Part shown: positions 1 to 8,452 of the stretch, piece by piece
Layout of the letters: each line of letters opens with the position of its first letter
How positions within the stretch are numbered: position 1 is the first letter of the stretch
IMG/VR virus record: IMGVR_UViG_3300042894_003937
Strand: one strand, 5' to 3'
DNA: 25,074 nt
DNA from: a virus
Taxonomy: Duplodnaviria > Heunggongvirae > Uroviricota > Caudoviricetes
Program-made: the position numbers and the translations under genes
Notes under the pieces: generated by a model
Databases searched by the model: none
What the model was told of the DNA's origin: nothing
The model's input: only the letters and a program-made list of their open reading frames with translations

Positions 1-444
1 AACAATGACATCTTTATTAGCATTTATTACTGGTGATAATTGTTGTATATGTGCTAGAATTTGATTTTTGGTTGGTTGATATACTGTAGCTGAACTAGAC
101 GTATATGTAAATCTAACAATCACTTTAGCACCCGCTGCTCTGATTCTATTAAAATCAGTTTGCATGTTAGCTAGGTATGTAGAAGTAATTGGAGTACCAG
201 TAATGAAAGGTCTCAAAAAGAATTGTCTTTGTATTACGGTTATGTTTTCGGTAGTTCGGTAACCTTCTAAAGTTGATTGGTTTATTAGGTTATATCCACC
301 AGATGAACCAGTAGATGTGTAATGGTAGAATCCTACTTCAGGATTGTTGATTACTAGATTTGATGTAAGATAAGTTACATTTTGTGAGTTGATTACATTG
401 AATGTAATTAGGAATAATATTATTCCAAAGATTTTAGATTTCAT
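1..444 (-). CDS. Secreted DUF4874(-DUF4832)-like protein, possibly glycoside-hydrolase-like; runs off the window start
   Basis: Manual translation (not in ORF track): MKSKIFGIILFLITFNVINSQ signal peptide, then NNPEVGFY...MQTDFNRIRAAGAKVIVRFTY...ILAHIQQLSPVINANKDVI. This matches my recollection of the DUF4874 pattern NPERGFY/DF..R.AG.K.I.RF.Y/HI.QL.P...N.DVI. Confidence 0.8.
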   Translation of the reverse strand, partial: MKSKIFGIILFLITFNVINSQNVTYLTSNLVINNPEVGFYHYTSTGSSGGYNLINQSTLEGYRTTENITVIQRQFFLRPFITGTPITSTYLANMQTDFNRIRAAGAKVIVRFTYTSSSATVYQPTKNQILAHIQQLSPVINANKDVIV

Positions 445-477
445 TTTTATTGGATATTTTTATAATTGTTTAACAAT

Positions 478-490
478 CAAATATATATTA
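478..490 (-). promoter_or_regulatory. Overlapping TAATATATA and TAnnTTTG motifs (TAATATATATTTG)
   Basis: The minus strand reads TAATATATATTTG, 33 nt upstream of the ATG at 444. Confidence 0.5.
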
Positions 491-871
491 TTTTTCTATC
501 AGTTTCAATTCAATGAAATCTATTGGCTCGGTAATTGATGTCTTACTGAATGACTTTAAATCAAAGTAAAGTGTTTTTACTAAACTACCTTGTTTGTGTG
601 AGTAGATTGTTATTAAAACCGGTTCAGTTTCTACTTCAAATTCTACTATAAAATTTTGAAGGAAACTAACCAATCTATCTTTATAAGTATTTAAGTTATA
701 TGGTTTATAAACATAGGTTTCCGTACCAGGACTATTATCAATAATACGTATAAGGTGTTGTGTGTATGGCTCGGGATTTGTATAACGATTTGAATTATTA
801 GTCATAGTTAGATCGTTCAGATCATAATAATCTAAAAATTCTTTACTAAACGAAATTATTTCTTTTAACAT
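488..871 (-). CDS. Hypothetical protein
   Basis: 127-aa ORF, overlapping the upstream gene stop. Confidence 0.75.
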   Translation of the reverse strand: MLKEIISFSKEFLDYYDLNDLTMTNNSNRYTNPEPYTQHLIRIIDNSPGTETYVYKPYNLNTYKDRLVSFLQNFIVEFEVETEPVLITIYSHKQGSLVKTLYFDLKSFSKTSITEPIDFIELKLIEK

Positions 872-1074
872 ATTTTCTTTTTATCTAACATTTTTCTAAG
901 ATTGGTCTTCCATTGTTCTACTGTAATAAATCTATTTGTACTATACATATAAAATTCACCAGTATCATCTTTGACCTTCAAAAGATTATATGAATGTTCA
1001 TTAATAAAGGGTTTTGCCTCATACTTCTTACCTTTGGTAAGTCTATCTGATGGATTTATACAAACGAGTATCAT
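865..1074 (-). CDS. Small SH3-like family protein with degenerate C-terminal tag; start moved to 1074
   Basis: MILVCINPSDRLTKGKKYE...RFITVEQWK. The ATG at 1074 overlaps the TAA of the upstream ORF. Confidence 0.75.
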   Translation of the reverse strand: MILVCINPSDRLTKGKKYEAKPFINEHSYNLLKVKDDTGEFYMYSTNRFITVEQWKTNLRKMLDKKKIC

Positions 1075-1205
1075 TATAATAGTGTACATAATAAGATAAA
1101 TACTAACCAACCCCAACCGTCCAAGTCATTACAAGCCAATATTACTATACCTGCAACTAATGCAATTTGTAGTAAAGTTTTATTATCGTAGTTTTTATTT
1201 GACAT
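1074..1205 (-). CDS. 43-aa small membrane protein
   Basis: Manual translation: MSNKNYDNKTLLQIALVAGIVILACNDLDGWGWLVFILLCTLL, with a TAnnTTTG promoter 17 nt upstream. Confidence 0.7.
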   Translation of the reverse strand: MSNKNYDNKTLLQIALVAGIVILACNDLDGWGWLVFILLCTLL

Positions 1206-1222
1206 AGTTTATTTATTTTTTA

Positions 1223-1230
1223 CAAAGATA
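1223..1230 (-). promoter_or_regulatory. Bacteroidota -7 promoter element TATCTTTG
   Basis: Intergenic, upstream of the ATG at 1205. Confidence 0.65.
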
Positions 1231-1243
1231 GAAATTTAATTTA

Positions 1244-1426
1244 TTAAAACCAATAATCTTGTTTCATTTTTATAAGTCCGGTAGAGTGAGTGAGTTCTAT
1301 TCTGCCGAGTAATCGATTTATTTTTCTCATACGGTCATAGGTCTTTAAGTTCATACTTGCTCTAACAAGTTGTCCTTTTCTTAATCCTCCACTAAATTCA
1401 GTATTTCTAAACGGATTTCTAAACAT
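1244..1426 (-). CDS. Hypothetical protein with an internal tag-like helix
   Basis: 60 aa; contains DRMRKINRLLG. Confidence 0.6.
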   Translation of the reverse strand: MFRNPFRNTEFSGGLRKGQLVRASMNLKTYDRMRKINRLLGRIELTHSTGLIKMKQDYWF

Positions 1427-1634
1427 CTTTGATTACTTTTTTTATTTTTGTTCTACGAGTTGCAGATCTCCATTGTGATTTTACTTGGTTATAATCTGAT
1501 TCTGTAATTTCCATAGATATAGAACCGCCACATATACCAGAAGTTCTATATGATGCAGGTAAAGTACACATTGCACTATCCCAATTTACTGCGACTGATC
1601 CACCACATCTACTACATTGATAGTATTTATCCAT
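1419..1634 (-). CDS. Small Cys-rich (possible Zn-ribbon) protein with C-terminal tag
   Basis: CSRC...C...C; ends RRTKIKKVIKDV. Confidence 0.7.
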   Translation of the reverse strand: MDKYYQCSRCGGSVAVNWDSAMCTLPASYRTSGICGGSISMEITESDYNQVKSQWRSATRRTKIKKVIKDV

Positions 1635-1896
1635 TTAATATATTCTCTAAATTATAATCTCTCCATTGTTGTTTTGTCATAAATACTTTCGTTTGGTATA
1701 CATCTTTATTACCACCTCTATCATTAGATAAGTTACTGTAAAAGTAATTGTCTATTTTTAATGTATGTAGATAACTATGTGATACTTCACCTTTATACCA
1801 TTTATGTAAGGTTAGAAATCCTTCATATCCAGTATTATCAACACATATTAAATCTATCCTCTTTTGATCCATCTTAACCATATAAAGGTTGTCCAC
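1627..1896 (-). CDS. SH3-like family protein with C-terminal tag
   Basis: LICVDN...LTLHKWY...VFMTKQQWRDYNLENILNG. Confidence 0.75.
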   Translation of the reverse strand: MDNLYMVKMDQKRIDLICVDNTGYEGFLTLHKWYKGEVSHSYLHTLKIDNYFYSNLSNDRGGNKDVYQTKVFMTKQQWRDYNLENILNG

Positions 1897-1935
1897 GTTA
1901 GTAACCAGGTAATGAATTGTTTTTTAATTGACATA

Positions 1936-2607
1936 TTATCTTAAATCAAATAATATAATTTCGGATTCAGTTGAGGTAACAATTTCTATTTTATCTTCTT
2001 CGATAAAGCTTAGTCCATCACCTTCAATCAAAGGTATGTTATTTATTATTACTTCACCTGAAATAACATATAGGTAATACTTACGAGTATTATTAAGTTC
2101 AAATGAAAAGTCTTGTGTGAATATACCTGATAAAAATCTTGCGTCTTGTTTTATAGGTAATTTTTCGGTAACATCACAAAACTTATTAAGTTTATCTTCT
2201 CTGGTAAACTGATACCATTCGTGTATTGGTTCGGTATCAAGTTGATTAGGTCTAACCCATAATTGAAGATACCTATTAGGTTTATCTGATGCGTTTCCTT
2301 CGGTATGTTTTATTCCACTACCTGTGCTCATTCTTTGTATAGAACCCGCTGGTATATCTAAAGTATTTCCATGACTATCAGTATGACGACAAACACCTTC
2401 TACTACATAACCGAATATTTCCATATTCTTATGTTCGTGTATTGGAACGTGACCACCGGGTTGTACTCGATCATCATTGATTGTTTGTAAGTCACTAAAG
2501 TTCATATAACGAGCATCGTAGTAAGCAGGGAAACTGAATGTTCTATACGAATTGATCCAATCTGCTTTACGATTTCCTCTTGTATGTGCAGGTCTATGTA
2601 TTATCAT
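1936..2607 (-). CDS. yhhW: Pirin-family bicupin protein (YhhW/quercetin 2,3-dioxygenase-like)
   Basis: SYRTFSF..YYD..YMNF..L.TINDD.V.PG...HEH.NMEI...H.DS.GN...QRMS.GSGI.HTE.N...LQLW. The metal-binding His and Glu residues appear intact. Confidence 0.95.
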   Translation of the reverse strand: MIIHRPAHTRGNRKADWINSYRTFSFPAYYDARYMNFSDLQTINDDRVQPGGHVPIHEHKNMEIFGYVVEGVCRHTDSHGNTLDIPAGSIQRMSTGSGIKHTEGNASDKPNRYLQLWVRPNQLDTEPIHEWYQFTREDKLNKFCDVTEKLPIKQDARFLSGIFTQDFSFELNNTRKYYLYVISGEVIINNIPLIEGDGLSFIEEDKIEIVTSTESEIILFDLR

Positions 2608-2822
2608 TATAGAATTGGGAAGCTACCATTAGCTTCAGTCATTTGTTTTTTTAATTGGTTGAATGATTCTACCAATTCGTTTTTGATAAAAACATCACCT
2701 AGTCCAGAAAATTGAGATTCATTTCTAAATTCTGAATCTGGAAATTGATCAAGGAATCCTTGTTCTGAAATTTGTTGAAATGTTGATTTCATTGTTTTAC
2801 CTACTTTTACTAACTCGCTCAT
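2607..2822 (-). CDS. Hypothetical protein
   Basis: 71-aa ORF with a TAATG overlap to the pirin start. Confidence 0.65.
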   Translation of the reverse strand: MSELVKVGKTMKSTFQQISEQGFLDQFPDSEFRNESQFSGLGDVFIKNELVESFNQLKKQMTEANGSFPIL

Positions 2823-2828
2823 AATTTT

Positions 2829-3098
2829 TTATTTAGTTATTATATTTAATTTTATCTCTCTTGTTTCCTGTAATGAAATGTTTATATAAGCCCACCCATC
2901 AATTATATCTACCGGAACTTTTGTACCCATTGATTTAATTGCTTTATCAACTTTAAATTCTATGATAACATCTTGTTTATCTGCGTTTATATATATAAAT
3001 TCTTTTACTACTATTTCATATAAACGTATGTTATCAGATGAGTATACACCATAGTATTTACCATCTGGAACATCTAATTTATTTAATGATTTAGTCAT
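2829..3098 (-). CDS. Hypothetical protein with C-terminal tag
   Basis: Ends QETREIKLNIITK. Confidence 0.7.
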   Translation of the reverse strand: MTKSLNKLDVPDGKYYGVYSSDNIRLYEIVVKEFIYINADKQDVIIEFKVDKAIKSMGTKVPVDIIDGWAYINISLQETREIKLNIITK

Positions 3099-3313
3099 TA
3101 TTGTTTAAAGTATTTACTACGTGCCAAAATATTTCCACTAATTGCTGATACAAAACCTATTGTATAGATAAACCAATTAGGATATCTAAATCCATAGTAA
3201 TGACCTGTATCGATGTCATACGTCATAATACTTAAAAGTAATGGTGATGTTAGTATAATATAGATACCAACTGTTAGTGCAAAAACTAACTTTAATGTTT
3301 TAAAATTTGTCAT
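3098..3313 (-). CDS. Two-TM small membrane protein; start moved to 3313
   Basis: Two hydrophobic segments. The track start at 3343 lies in the promoter motif. Confidence 0.65.
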   Translation of the reverse strand: MTNFKTLKLVFALTVGIYIILTSPLLLSIMTYDIDTGHYYGFRYPNWFIYTIGFVSAISGNILARSKYFKQ

Positions 3314-3333
3314 ATTAAATAATTTAATCCTCC

Positions 3334-3341
3334 AAAGATAC
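3334..3341 (-). promoter_or_regulatory. Bacteroidota -7 element TATCTTTG
   Basis: 20 nt upstream of the ATG at 3313; heads the 3313-1244 unit. Confidence 0.65.
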
Positions 3342-3390
3342 AATAAATATTTATTTTATTTAAAAAATATAGTTTTATATTTTATAATAA

Positions 3391-3399
3391 TAATATATA
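3391..3399 (+). promoter_or_regulatory. Putative phage late promoter TAATATATA
   Basis: 21 nt upstream of the ATG at 3421; motif recurs before tagged genes. Confidence 0.6.
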
Positions 3400-3420
3400 A
3401 TAAAAAAATAAGTAATTTTT

Positions 3421-5820
3421 ATGAACATTGTAAAATACTCAGAGTTTCAATATATCAATGAAGAAGGTGGATGGGAAACTATAAAATATGGTTTATCCAA
3501 ACTTGGTCGTTATAAAGCCAATGGTAAAATACGTGGTAAAGGTGAAACTGATAGAAAAGCTAAAGAAGAAATAGATGAAATAATGAAAGATACTGCAAAT
3601 GCAGTTATAAAATCTACTTTTGAACAAGTAAAAAAAGTAGCACCGGAATTTCCTAATGATAGAAAGAGAGCTGTTTTTTTAGAAGGTATTATATTATATG
3701 GTCAATTATATGATTCTATTGTTGCTGGTGCTAATAAAAAGCCAGATGAGAAGGGGTATTTAGATCCAAATATTGCAAATAAACTTATCGAAAATCTAAG
3801 AGTAGTTGTTAAAAAAGCGTTAGATACTGATTTAAAAGCTGTTTATTCAGTTATGGATTCTAAAGAAAATATTGATTTAGAAAAAGAGGAATTGATTTTT
3901 GAAAGATTATTTGCACAACAAGATGAAGAAGTAAATGAAGAGTTTCTTAAAGGTATTACTAAGTTTAAGGATAAGATGATGGATAAGATGTTTGGTAAAA
4001 AAGATGGTGATTCTGAAAAAAGAGTTTCTGGAACTAGACAATCTGCTAAATTTCAAACTGCTGGTGATGATAAGACTGTTGATAGTGAAAGAATGAAAAC
4101 TCTAGCATCTAACAAGTTACCTTTAATATTGGCTGGTGCTGGTGCTGCATTAGGAGCATTAGGTTGGATGGCTCAAACAGAATGGTTTAAAGTTTGGTTA
4201 CAAAGTATAATAGGTACTACTAAAATTGTACAAACCGCTGCGATAACTAAAGATATTGCAGGTAATGCCCCTAAAGAAGGATTTGTTCATTGGGCTAGTC
4301 AGCTTGGTGGTCAGGAAATTAAAACGGGTGCTGATATGCAAGGATTTATCAACAAATTTGGAGCAGAAAATGTTAGTCACATGTTTGATAATAATGGTGG
4401 AGGAGATGCTATGGGTCAAGTACAGAAACTACAACAAATGGTTAGTTCTGATCCACAGGCTAGTATGGGAGACATATTCAACAAAGCGGATCAAACTTTT
4501 GGTGATGCAACAGGTGGACAAAATTTATTTAGTGTAGATGCGTCAGCAAAATTCTTCGCAACTATTATTGTAAAACAAGGAGTAAAATTTGCAGTAAAAA
4601 CTGGTGCAGGAGTTGTTGCTGCGGCTGTAGGATTAGGTCCTATTTTAGCAGCAGTTGGTGTTGGACTAATTACTGGTGGTTTAGTTGTTAAACTTTTGAG
4701 AGAAAAAGGATTGAGACAATCAAGAGCAAAAACTCTTAATGATTTACTTCAATCTTTAAAATTGGTTAAGATTACTTCTGTTAATAGTGATGATGTAAAT
4801 AAAGGTGATGATGCAAGTAAAGATGATGATGCAAGTAAAGATGATGCAAATAAAGGTGATGATAAGGTAGTTGATAGTTCTTCAATTTATAAAATAATGA
4901 TTAAAAACTTAACAGCACTTAATAGTATGCTTATAACATATAAAGGAGTTACTCTTGAAGGTGAAGATGATGGTACTAGAAAAGGTGGAGATAATATACC
5001 TAAAAGTGATGAAACTGGACTTAAAGTTGGAAAAGAATATATTTATACTAACAAAGATGGTCAAAAGAAAAGAGTTAAGTTGATTTCTTTGAAAACAAAT
5101 ACACGTCCTGGTGGAGATAAGAAATGGTTAACAAGAGACGATGAGAATATAGGACCATTGGCAGATGATAAAGTAGCTGTTTTATTTAAAGATAAACAAG
5201 GTGAATTTACAGTTTCGTCTCCAAAGATGGCTGTTCCTACAAAAAGTTTACAACCAGTTAAGGTTGCTACAACAGAGAGTTTCTTATTTGAAAAACAGTT
5301 TACTAAGGGACCAAGAAGATCAGTTGTTAATAAAGATGAAGCTTATTTAACACAAGCGGTTCAAAACGTAAGAAAATCTATAAAATCTATTACAGATGAA
5401 AAAGATAAAGGTATTGCGATAACAGCAAACTTTATTCAAGATATATTAGATGTTAAGATGTCTTCTGATTCAAAAAAACCAATTAAAGATTTATACAAAG
5501 AGATATATGAATATCTTTATGGTAAAAAATCTCAAACTTTAGGAGAATTTGGTCCTCTTTATAAGGAAAGTATAAATTACTTATTACCTAAAACTTCTCA
5601 AAATACACAAGGTGGAAAATTACAAGTTGTTGCAGAGAAGATTGCTAGACTTTCAAAAAGAACATTACAATTTGAAGGACAAGGATTCTATAGTGGAATA
5701 GGAGAGTTTGGTGAAGATCTAAGAGATTTTAATGAAACACTTAAACAGATTATGGATTATTATAAAAATAATGGAAACACAAATGAAAGTAGAATAGTTT
5801 CATTTACAAACTTTAAATAA
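3421..5820 (+). CDS. 799-aa putative virion-internal/ejection protein with two Gly/Ala-rich hydrophobic segments
   Basis: N-terminus MNIVKYSEFQYINEE. Hydrophobic segments LPLILAGAGAALGALGW and GAGVVAAAVGLGPILAAVGVGLITGGLVVKLL. Asp-rich linker. Function is inferred. Confidence 0.6.
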   Translation: MNIVKYSEFQYINEEGGWETIKYGLSKLGRYKANGKIRGKGETDRKAKEEIDEIMKDTANAVIKSTFEQVKKVAPEFPNDRKRAVFLEGIILYGQLYDSIVAGANKKPDEKGYLDPNIANKLIENLRVVVKKALDTDLKAVYSVMDSKENIDLEKEELIFERLFAQQDEEVNEEFLKGITKFKDKMMDKMFGKKDGDSEKRVSGTRQSAKFQTAGDDKTVDSERMKTLASNKLPLILAGAGAALGALGWMAQTEWFKVWLQSIIGTTKIVQTAAITKDIAGNAPKEGFVHWASQLGGQEIKTGADMQGFINKFGAENVSHMFDNNGGGDAMGQVQKLQQMVSSDPQASMGDIFNKADQTFGDATGGQNLFSVDASAKFFATIIVKQGVKFAVKTGAGVVAAAVGLGPILAAVGVGLITGGLVVKLLREKGLRQSRAKTLNDLLQSLKLVKITSVNSDDVNKGDDASKDDDASKDDANKGDDKVVDSSSIYKIMIKNLTALNSMLITYKGVTLEGEDDGTRKGGDNIPKSDETGLKVGKEYIYTNKDGQKKRVKLISLKTNTRPGGDKKWLTRDDENIGPLADDKVAVLFKDKQGEFTVSSPKMAVPTKSLQPVKVATTESFLFEKQFTKGPRRSVVNKDEAYLTQAVQNVRKSIKSITDEKDKGIAITANFIQDILDVKMSSDSKKPIKDLYKEIYEYLYGKKSQTLGEFGPLYKESINYLLPKTSQNTQGGKLQVVAEKIARLSKRTLQFEGQGFYSGIGEFGEDLRDFNETLKQIMDYYKNNGNTNESRIVSFTNFK
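4798..4863 (+). repeat. In-frame Asp-rich repeat (GATGATGCAAGTAAAGAT x2 at 4807-4842, flanked by AATAAAGGTGATGAT copies)
   Basis: Read directly; encodes NKGDDASKDDDASKDDANKGDD. Confidence 0.85.
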
Positions 5821-5821
5821 T

Positions 5822-5852
5822 AAAAAAGCCTCGAAATATCGAGGCTTTTTTT
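5822..5852. terminator. Bidirectional intrinsic terminator
   Basis: A6-GCCTCGA-AATA-TCGAGGC-T7 between convergent genes. Confidence 0.9.
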
Positions 5853-6213
5853 ATTGTATATAATGTATTCTTGTTATTTTTATTGTTACATCGGTTGCTC
5901 CTTTAACTAAACAACCCATTGTAACTTGTACTTCTTTACCGGGTTCAATTGGTTTACTTGTATCTATTGTAAATGTATTACCTGAACTCCACTGCTCATC
6001 TTTTTTTATTTCTTTAACATCACCAAACTTATCAACAAAAGTTGCAGTCCATTCGATTGCATCAATTGTTTTATTAGAGTTATTCTTCATTGTGGCATGA
6101 TAACCAATTACTCTACCGAAACTTCTTTGAGTAGAGATTTTAATTACTTCAATCTGTGCGAATGATGTAAGCGAAAATAATAATGTGAATAGTAAGTATT
6201 TAATTGATTTCAT
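5851..6213 (-). CDS. Secreted beta-sandwich (FxLYD-like) protein
   Basis: Signal peptide MKSIKYLLFTLLFSLTSFA|Q; MKNNSNKTI..IEWTATFVDKFGDV...IEPGKE pattern. Confidence 0.65.
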   Translation of the reverse strand: MKSIKYLLFTLLFSLTSFAQIEVIKISTQRSFGRVIGYHATMKNNSNKTIDAIEWTATFVDKFGDVKEIKKDEQWSSGNTFTIDTSKPIEPGKEVQVTMGCLVKGATDVTIKITRIHYIQ

Positions 6214-6233
6214 ATTTGTTAGTTTTTAGATTA

Positions 6234-6241
6234 CAAAGATA
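6234..6241 (-). promoter_or_regulatory. Bacteroidota -7 element TATCTTTG
   Basis: 20 nt upstream of the ATG at 6213. Confidence 0.65.
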
Positions 6242-6268
6242 AGTAAATAATTTATATAAAAAAAATTA

Positions 6269-6526
6269 TTATTGAATTCTTATAAAATCTCCTTCTTGTA
6301 AACTCTGATCTTGTATATCATCAACATGTATCATTTTATCTTTTTTAAAGACTACTACTCTGTCACTATCTGGATTTATTGGATTTACCATATCACCTTT
6401 TAGCTTAACAACTATACCTGTATTTTCTTCAAGTATAAGTGAGAGTGTTCTTCCAAAAATTAAAGCAGAGTTTAACCAATCTTTTGGTGTATCTGGTTCA
6501 TCACTATTTGGTCTTGTATAATTCAT
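6269..6526 (-). CDS. Hypothetical protein
   Basis: 85-aa ORF in a co-oriented run. Confidence 0.75.
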   Translation of the reverse strand: MNYTRPNSDEPDTPKDWLNSALIFGRTLSLILEENTGIVVKLKGDMVNPINPDSDRVVVFKKDKMIHVDDIQDQSLQEGDFIRIQ

Positions 6527-6533
6527 TTTATAT

Positions 6534-6695
6534 TTATATTATTGTTCCCATTCCTAACCATTGTTCTTTATCACAATGTTTACACTTATGTAAGTTAGTG
6601 AAGCTGATCTGTTCTCCTTTTCCCGGAATTGGAGTTATTGGACGTATGTTCTTCCAATTATGAAATCCAAAAAAACATTTTATTTTATTTATCAT
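6534..6695 (-). CDS. 53-aa putative Zn-binding protein (C-x2-G-x-H...C-x2-C; DUF1660-like)
   Basis: Manual translation: MINKIKCFFGFHNWKNIRP...LHKCKHCDKEQWLGMGTII. Confidence 0.7.
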   Translation of the reverse strand: MINKIKCFFGFHNWKNIRPITPIPGKGEQISFTNLHKCKHCDKEQWLGMGTII

Positions 6696-6696
6696 A

Positions 6697-6867
6697 TTAT
6701 TTTTTTTTATTGGTTAAAGGTATTAAAATTTCGTAATAATGGTAAAATATGTCATTATCTACTGCATAATGTGATAGTTTTATCTCACCACGAACTATTC
6801 TATTACTTATTTCTATACGTTTTTCTATGTTAGCACTACTTTCTAATCTTATATACTTCAATACCAT
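6697..6867 (-). CDS. Hypothetical protein; start moved to 6867
   Basis: MVLKYIRLESS... The track extension crosses both promoters and the start of the 6951 gene. Confidence 0.65.
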   Translation of the reverse strand: MVLKYIRLESSANIEKRIEISNRIVRGEIKLSHYAVDNDIFYHYYEILIPLTNKKK

Positions 6868-6893
6868 ATTAGTTGATTTTATATTTATAAATG

Positions 6894-6901
6894 CAAATAT
6901 A
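6894..6901 (-). promoter_or_regulatory. Bacteroidota -7 element TATATTTG
   Basis: Upstream of 6867; divergent from TAATATATA at 6921. Confidence 0.65.
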
Positions 6902-6920
6902 CAAAAAATAATATTTTTTT

Positions 6921-6929
6921 TAATATATA
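6921..6929 (+). promoter_or_regulatory. Putative late promoter TAATATATA
   Basis: Preceded by a T-run; 21 nt upstream of the ATG at 6951. Confidence 0.65.
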
Positions 6930-6950
6930 CATTATAAAAAAAAGTAAAAA

Positions 6951-8432
6951 ATGATATACCCAGGAACCTTCTCTTTAACACTTAGAGAAACAGAAGAAAC
7001 AAGATTATCCGTTAAGCAAATGGATGACAATTTAAAATTTTTAAACAACTTAGCTGATTCAGGTGGAAGTGGAACATCTGGTTCTTCTGGAACATCTGGT
7101 TCTTCTGGAACATCTGGTTCTTCTGGAACATCTGGAGAACAAGGAATTCAAGGAGTTCAAGGTAATCAAGGTGGGCAAGGTATTGAAGGTCCAGTTGGTG
7201 TTTCGGGTTTAACTTGGCAAGGTTCTTGGAGTAATAACTCTTTATATGATATGAATGATGCTGTCGGTTATGCGTCAGCTTCTTGGTGGTGTGTTGCGAC
7301 AGTTAGTTCAACAGCATCTGTAATAGCACCAGATTTAGATATAACAAATATAAATTGGACATTATTGGCCGCTCAAGGATCTCAAGGCCCAATGGGTGCA
7401 CAAGGTGTTCAAGGACCAACAGGACCTCAAGGTATTCAAGGACCAACAGGACCTGGAGGATCTTCTACACAAACTTATGGTATAATGTCTCTTAATACAA
7501 ACAATCCGAATGGAGAAACACTTGCGTATGATATAAATAGAATTACTGCATTGGTAACTTGTCCAGTACGTTTACCAGCTTCAGCTCCAATAGGAAAAGA
7601 AATAAGTGTTTTTTCAGAAGTAAGTAGTGCTAGTGTAACAATATTCGGTGATAGTGTATTAAGTCTACCATTTCCATTCTTAATGGGTTCTGCAAATCAA
7701 CAAACAGGTGCATTTTCAATTTTTGCTGGGGAGTCCTACGTATTTACTAGTTTGGGAAATGGTTTATGGAAAGTTAATAGCATATCTAAAACTATAATGT
7801 CTGGCTCTTCTGCTAGAACAAATGCCACAAGTACCACGATAAATGCAACAAATGTGTCTGTTTTGAATATAAATAATTCAGAAGGAAATATATTATCTAA
7901 AGATTCACTGAGATTTAGAAGAGACAATGGCTCTGGAACTAATAAATATATTGATTTATTAGTTCCTACTAACATTACTAATGATAGAACTATTACATTT
8001 CCAGACGCTACAGGTACTGTTGCTTTGACAAGTGCTATAGTTACTAAATCTGTGAAAGTAACGTTATCTTCTGCTGATTTATTAGGTTTAAATACAACTC
8101 CAAAAGTAATAATACCTGCGGTCTCAGGAAAGATTATAATTCCAACTCATATGTATCAAAATTATACATACAATAGTGCAAGTTATAATGTAAGTTCAAA
8201 CGCTACTATTGGTTACCAAGGATTCAGTCCTCTATCACAAGTCGCATATGCACAAGTTGGTCTTACAATTACACCGTCTACAGATTCTTTTGCTATTAAT
8301 GCACTATTTATGAGTTGGGTAACTTCTCAATCATTAGTTAACACAAACATAACATTAGTATCTTCTACTGCAATAACATCCGGTAATGGTACACTGGATG
8401 TTTATGTGACATATTTTGAAATCGATGCATAA
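6951..8432 (+). CDS. Collagen-like virion fibre/decoration protein
   Basis: N-terminal LTLRE...MDDNLKFL, GTSGSS repeats, two G-X-Y collagen tracts flanking a Trp-rich WQGSW..Y..DAV.Y..SWWC module (CBM5/12-like), and a Ser/Thr-rich beta C-terminus. Confidence 0.8.
   Translation: MIYPGTFSLTLRETEETRLSVKQMDDNLKFLNNLADSGGSGTSGSSGTSGSSGTSGSSGTSGEQGIQGVQGNQGGQGIEGPVGVSGLTWQGSWSNNSLYDMNDAVGYASASWWCVATVSSTASVIAPDLDITNINWTLLAAQGSQGPMGAQGVQGPTGPQGIQGPTGPGGSSTQTYGIMSLNTNNPNGETLAYDINRITALVTCPVRLPASAPIGKEISVFSEVSSASVTIFGDSVLSLPFPFLMGSANQQTGAFSIFAGESYVFTSLGNGLWKVNSISKTIMSGSSARTNATSTTINATNVSVLNINNSEGNILSKDSLRFRRDNGSGTNKYIDLLVPTNITNDRTITFPDATGTVALTSAIVTKSVKVTLSSADLLGLNTTPKVIIPAVSGKIIIPTHMYQNYTYNSASYNVSSNATIGYQGFSPLSQVAYAQVGLTITPSTDSFAINALFMSWVTSQSLVNTNITLVSSTAITSGNGTLDVYVTYFEIDA
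7071..7135 (+). repeat. 18-bp tandem repeat GGAACATCTGGTTCTTCT x3.6 (GTSGSS)
   Basis: Perfect copies at 7071, 7089 and 7107, partial copy at 7125. Confidence 0.95.
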
Positions 8433-8452
8433 TTTCCAACATCATAATAAAT

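Noticed and set aside
1419-1421. Stop-codon recoding (TAG read-through, as in some giant phages)
   Set aside because: ORFs tile densely under code 11, long genes are uninterrupted, and this TAG ends a gene right after its tag while overlapping the next ATG.
4198-4537. Track ORFs 4198..4419 (-) and 4256..4537 (+)
   Set aside because: Both are nested inside the 799-aa gene, have no promoter motif, and look like shadow-frame sequence.
6439-6663. Track ORF 6439..6663 (+)
   Set aside because: Antisense to two better-supported minus-strand genes (6269..6526 and 6534..6695).
7736-7975. Track ORF 7736..7975 (-)
   Set aside because: Antisense shadow inside the fibre gene.
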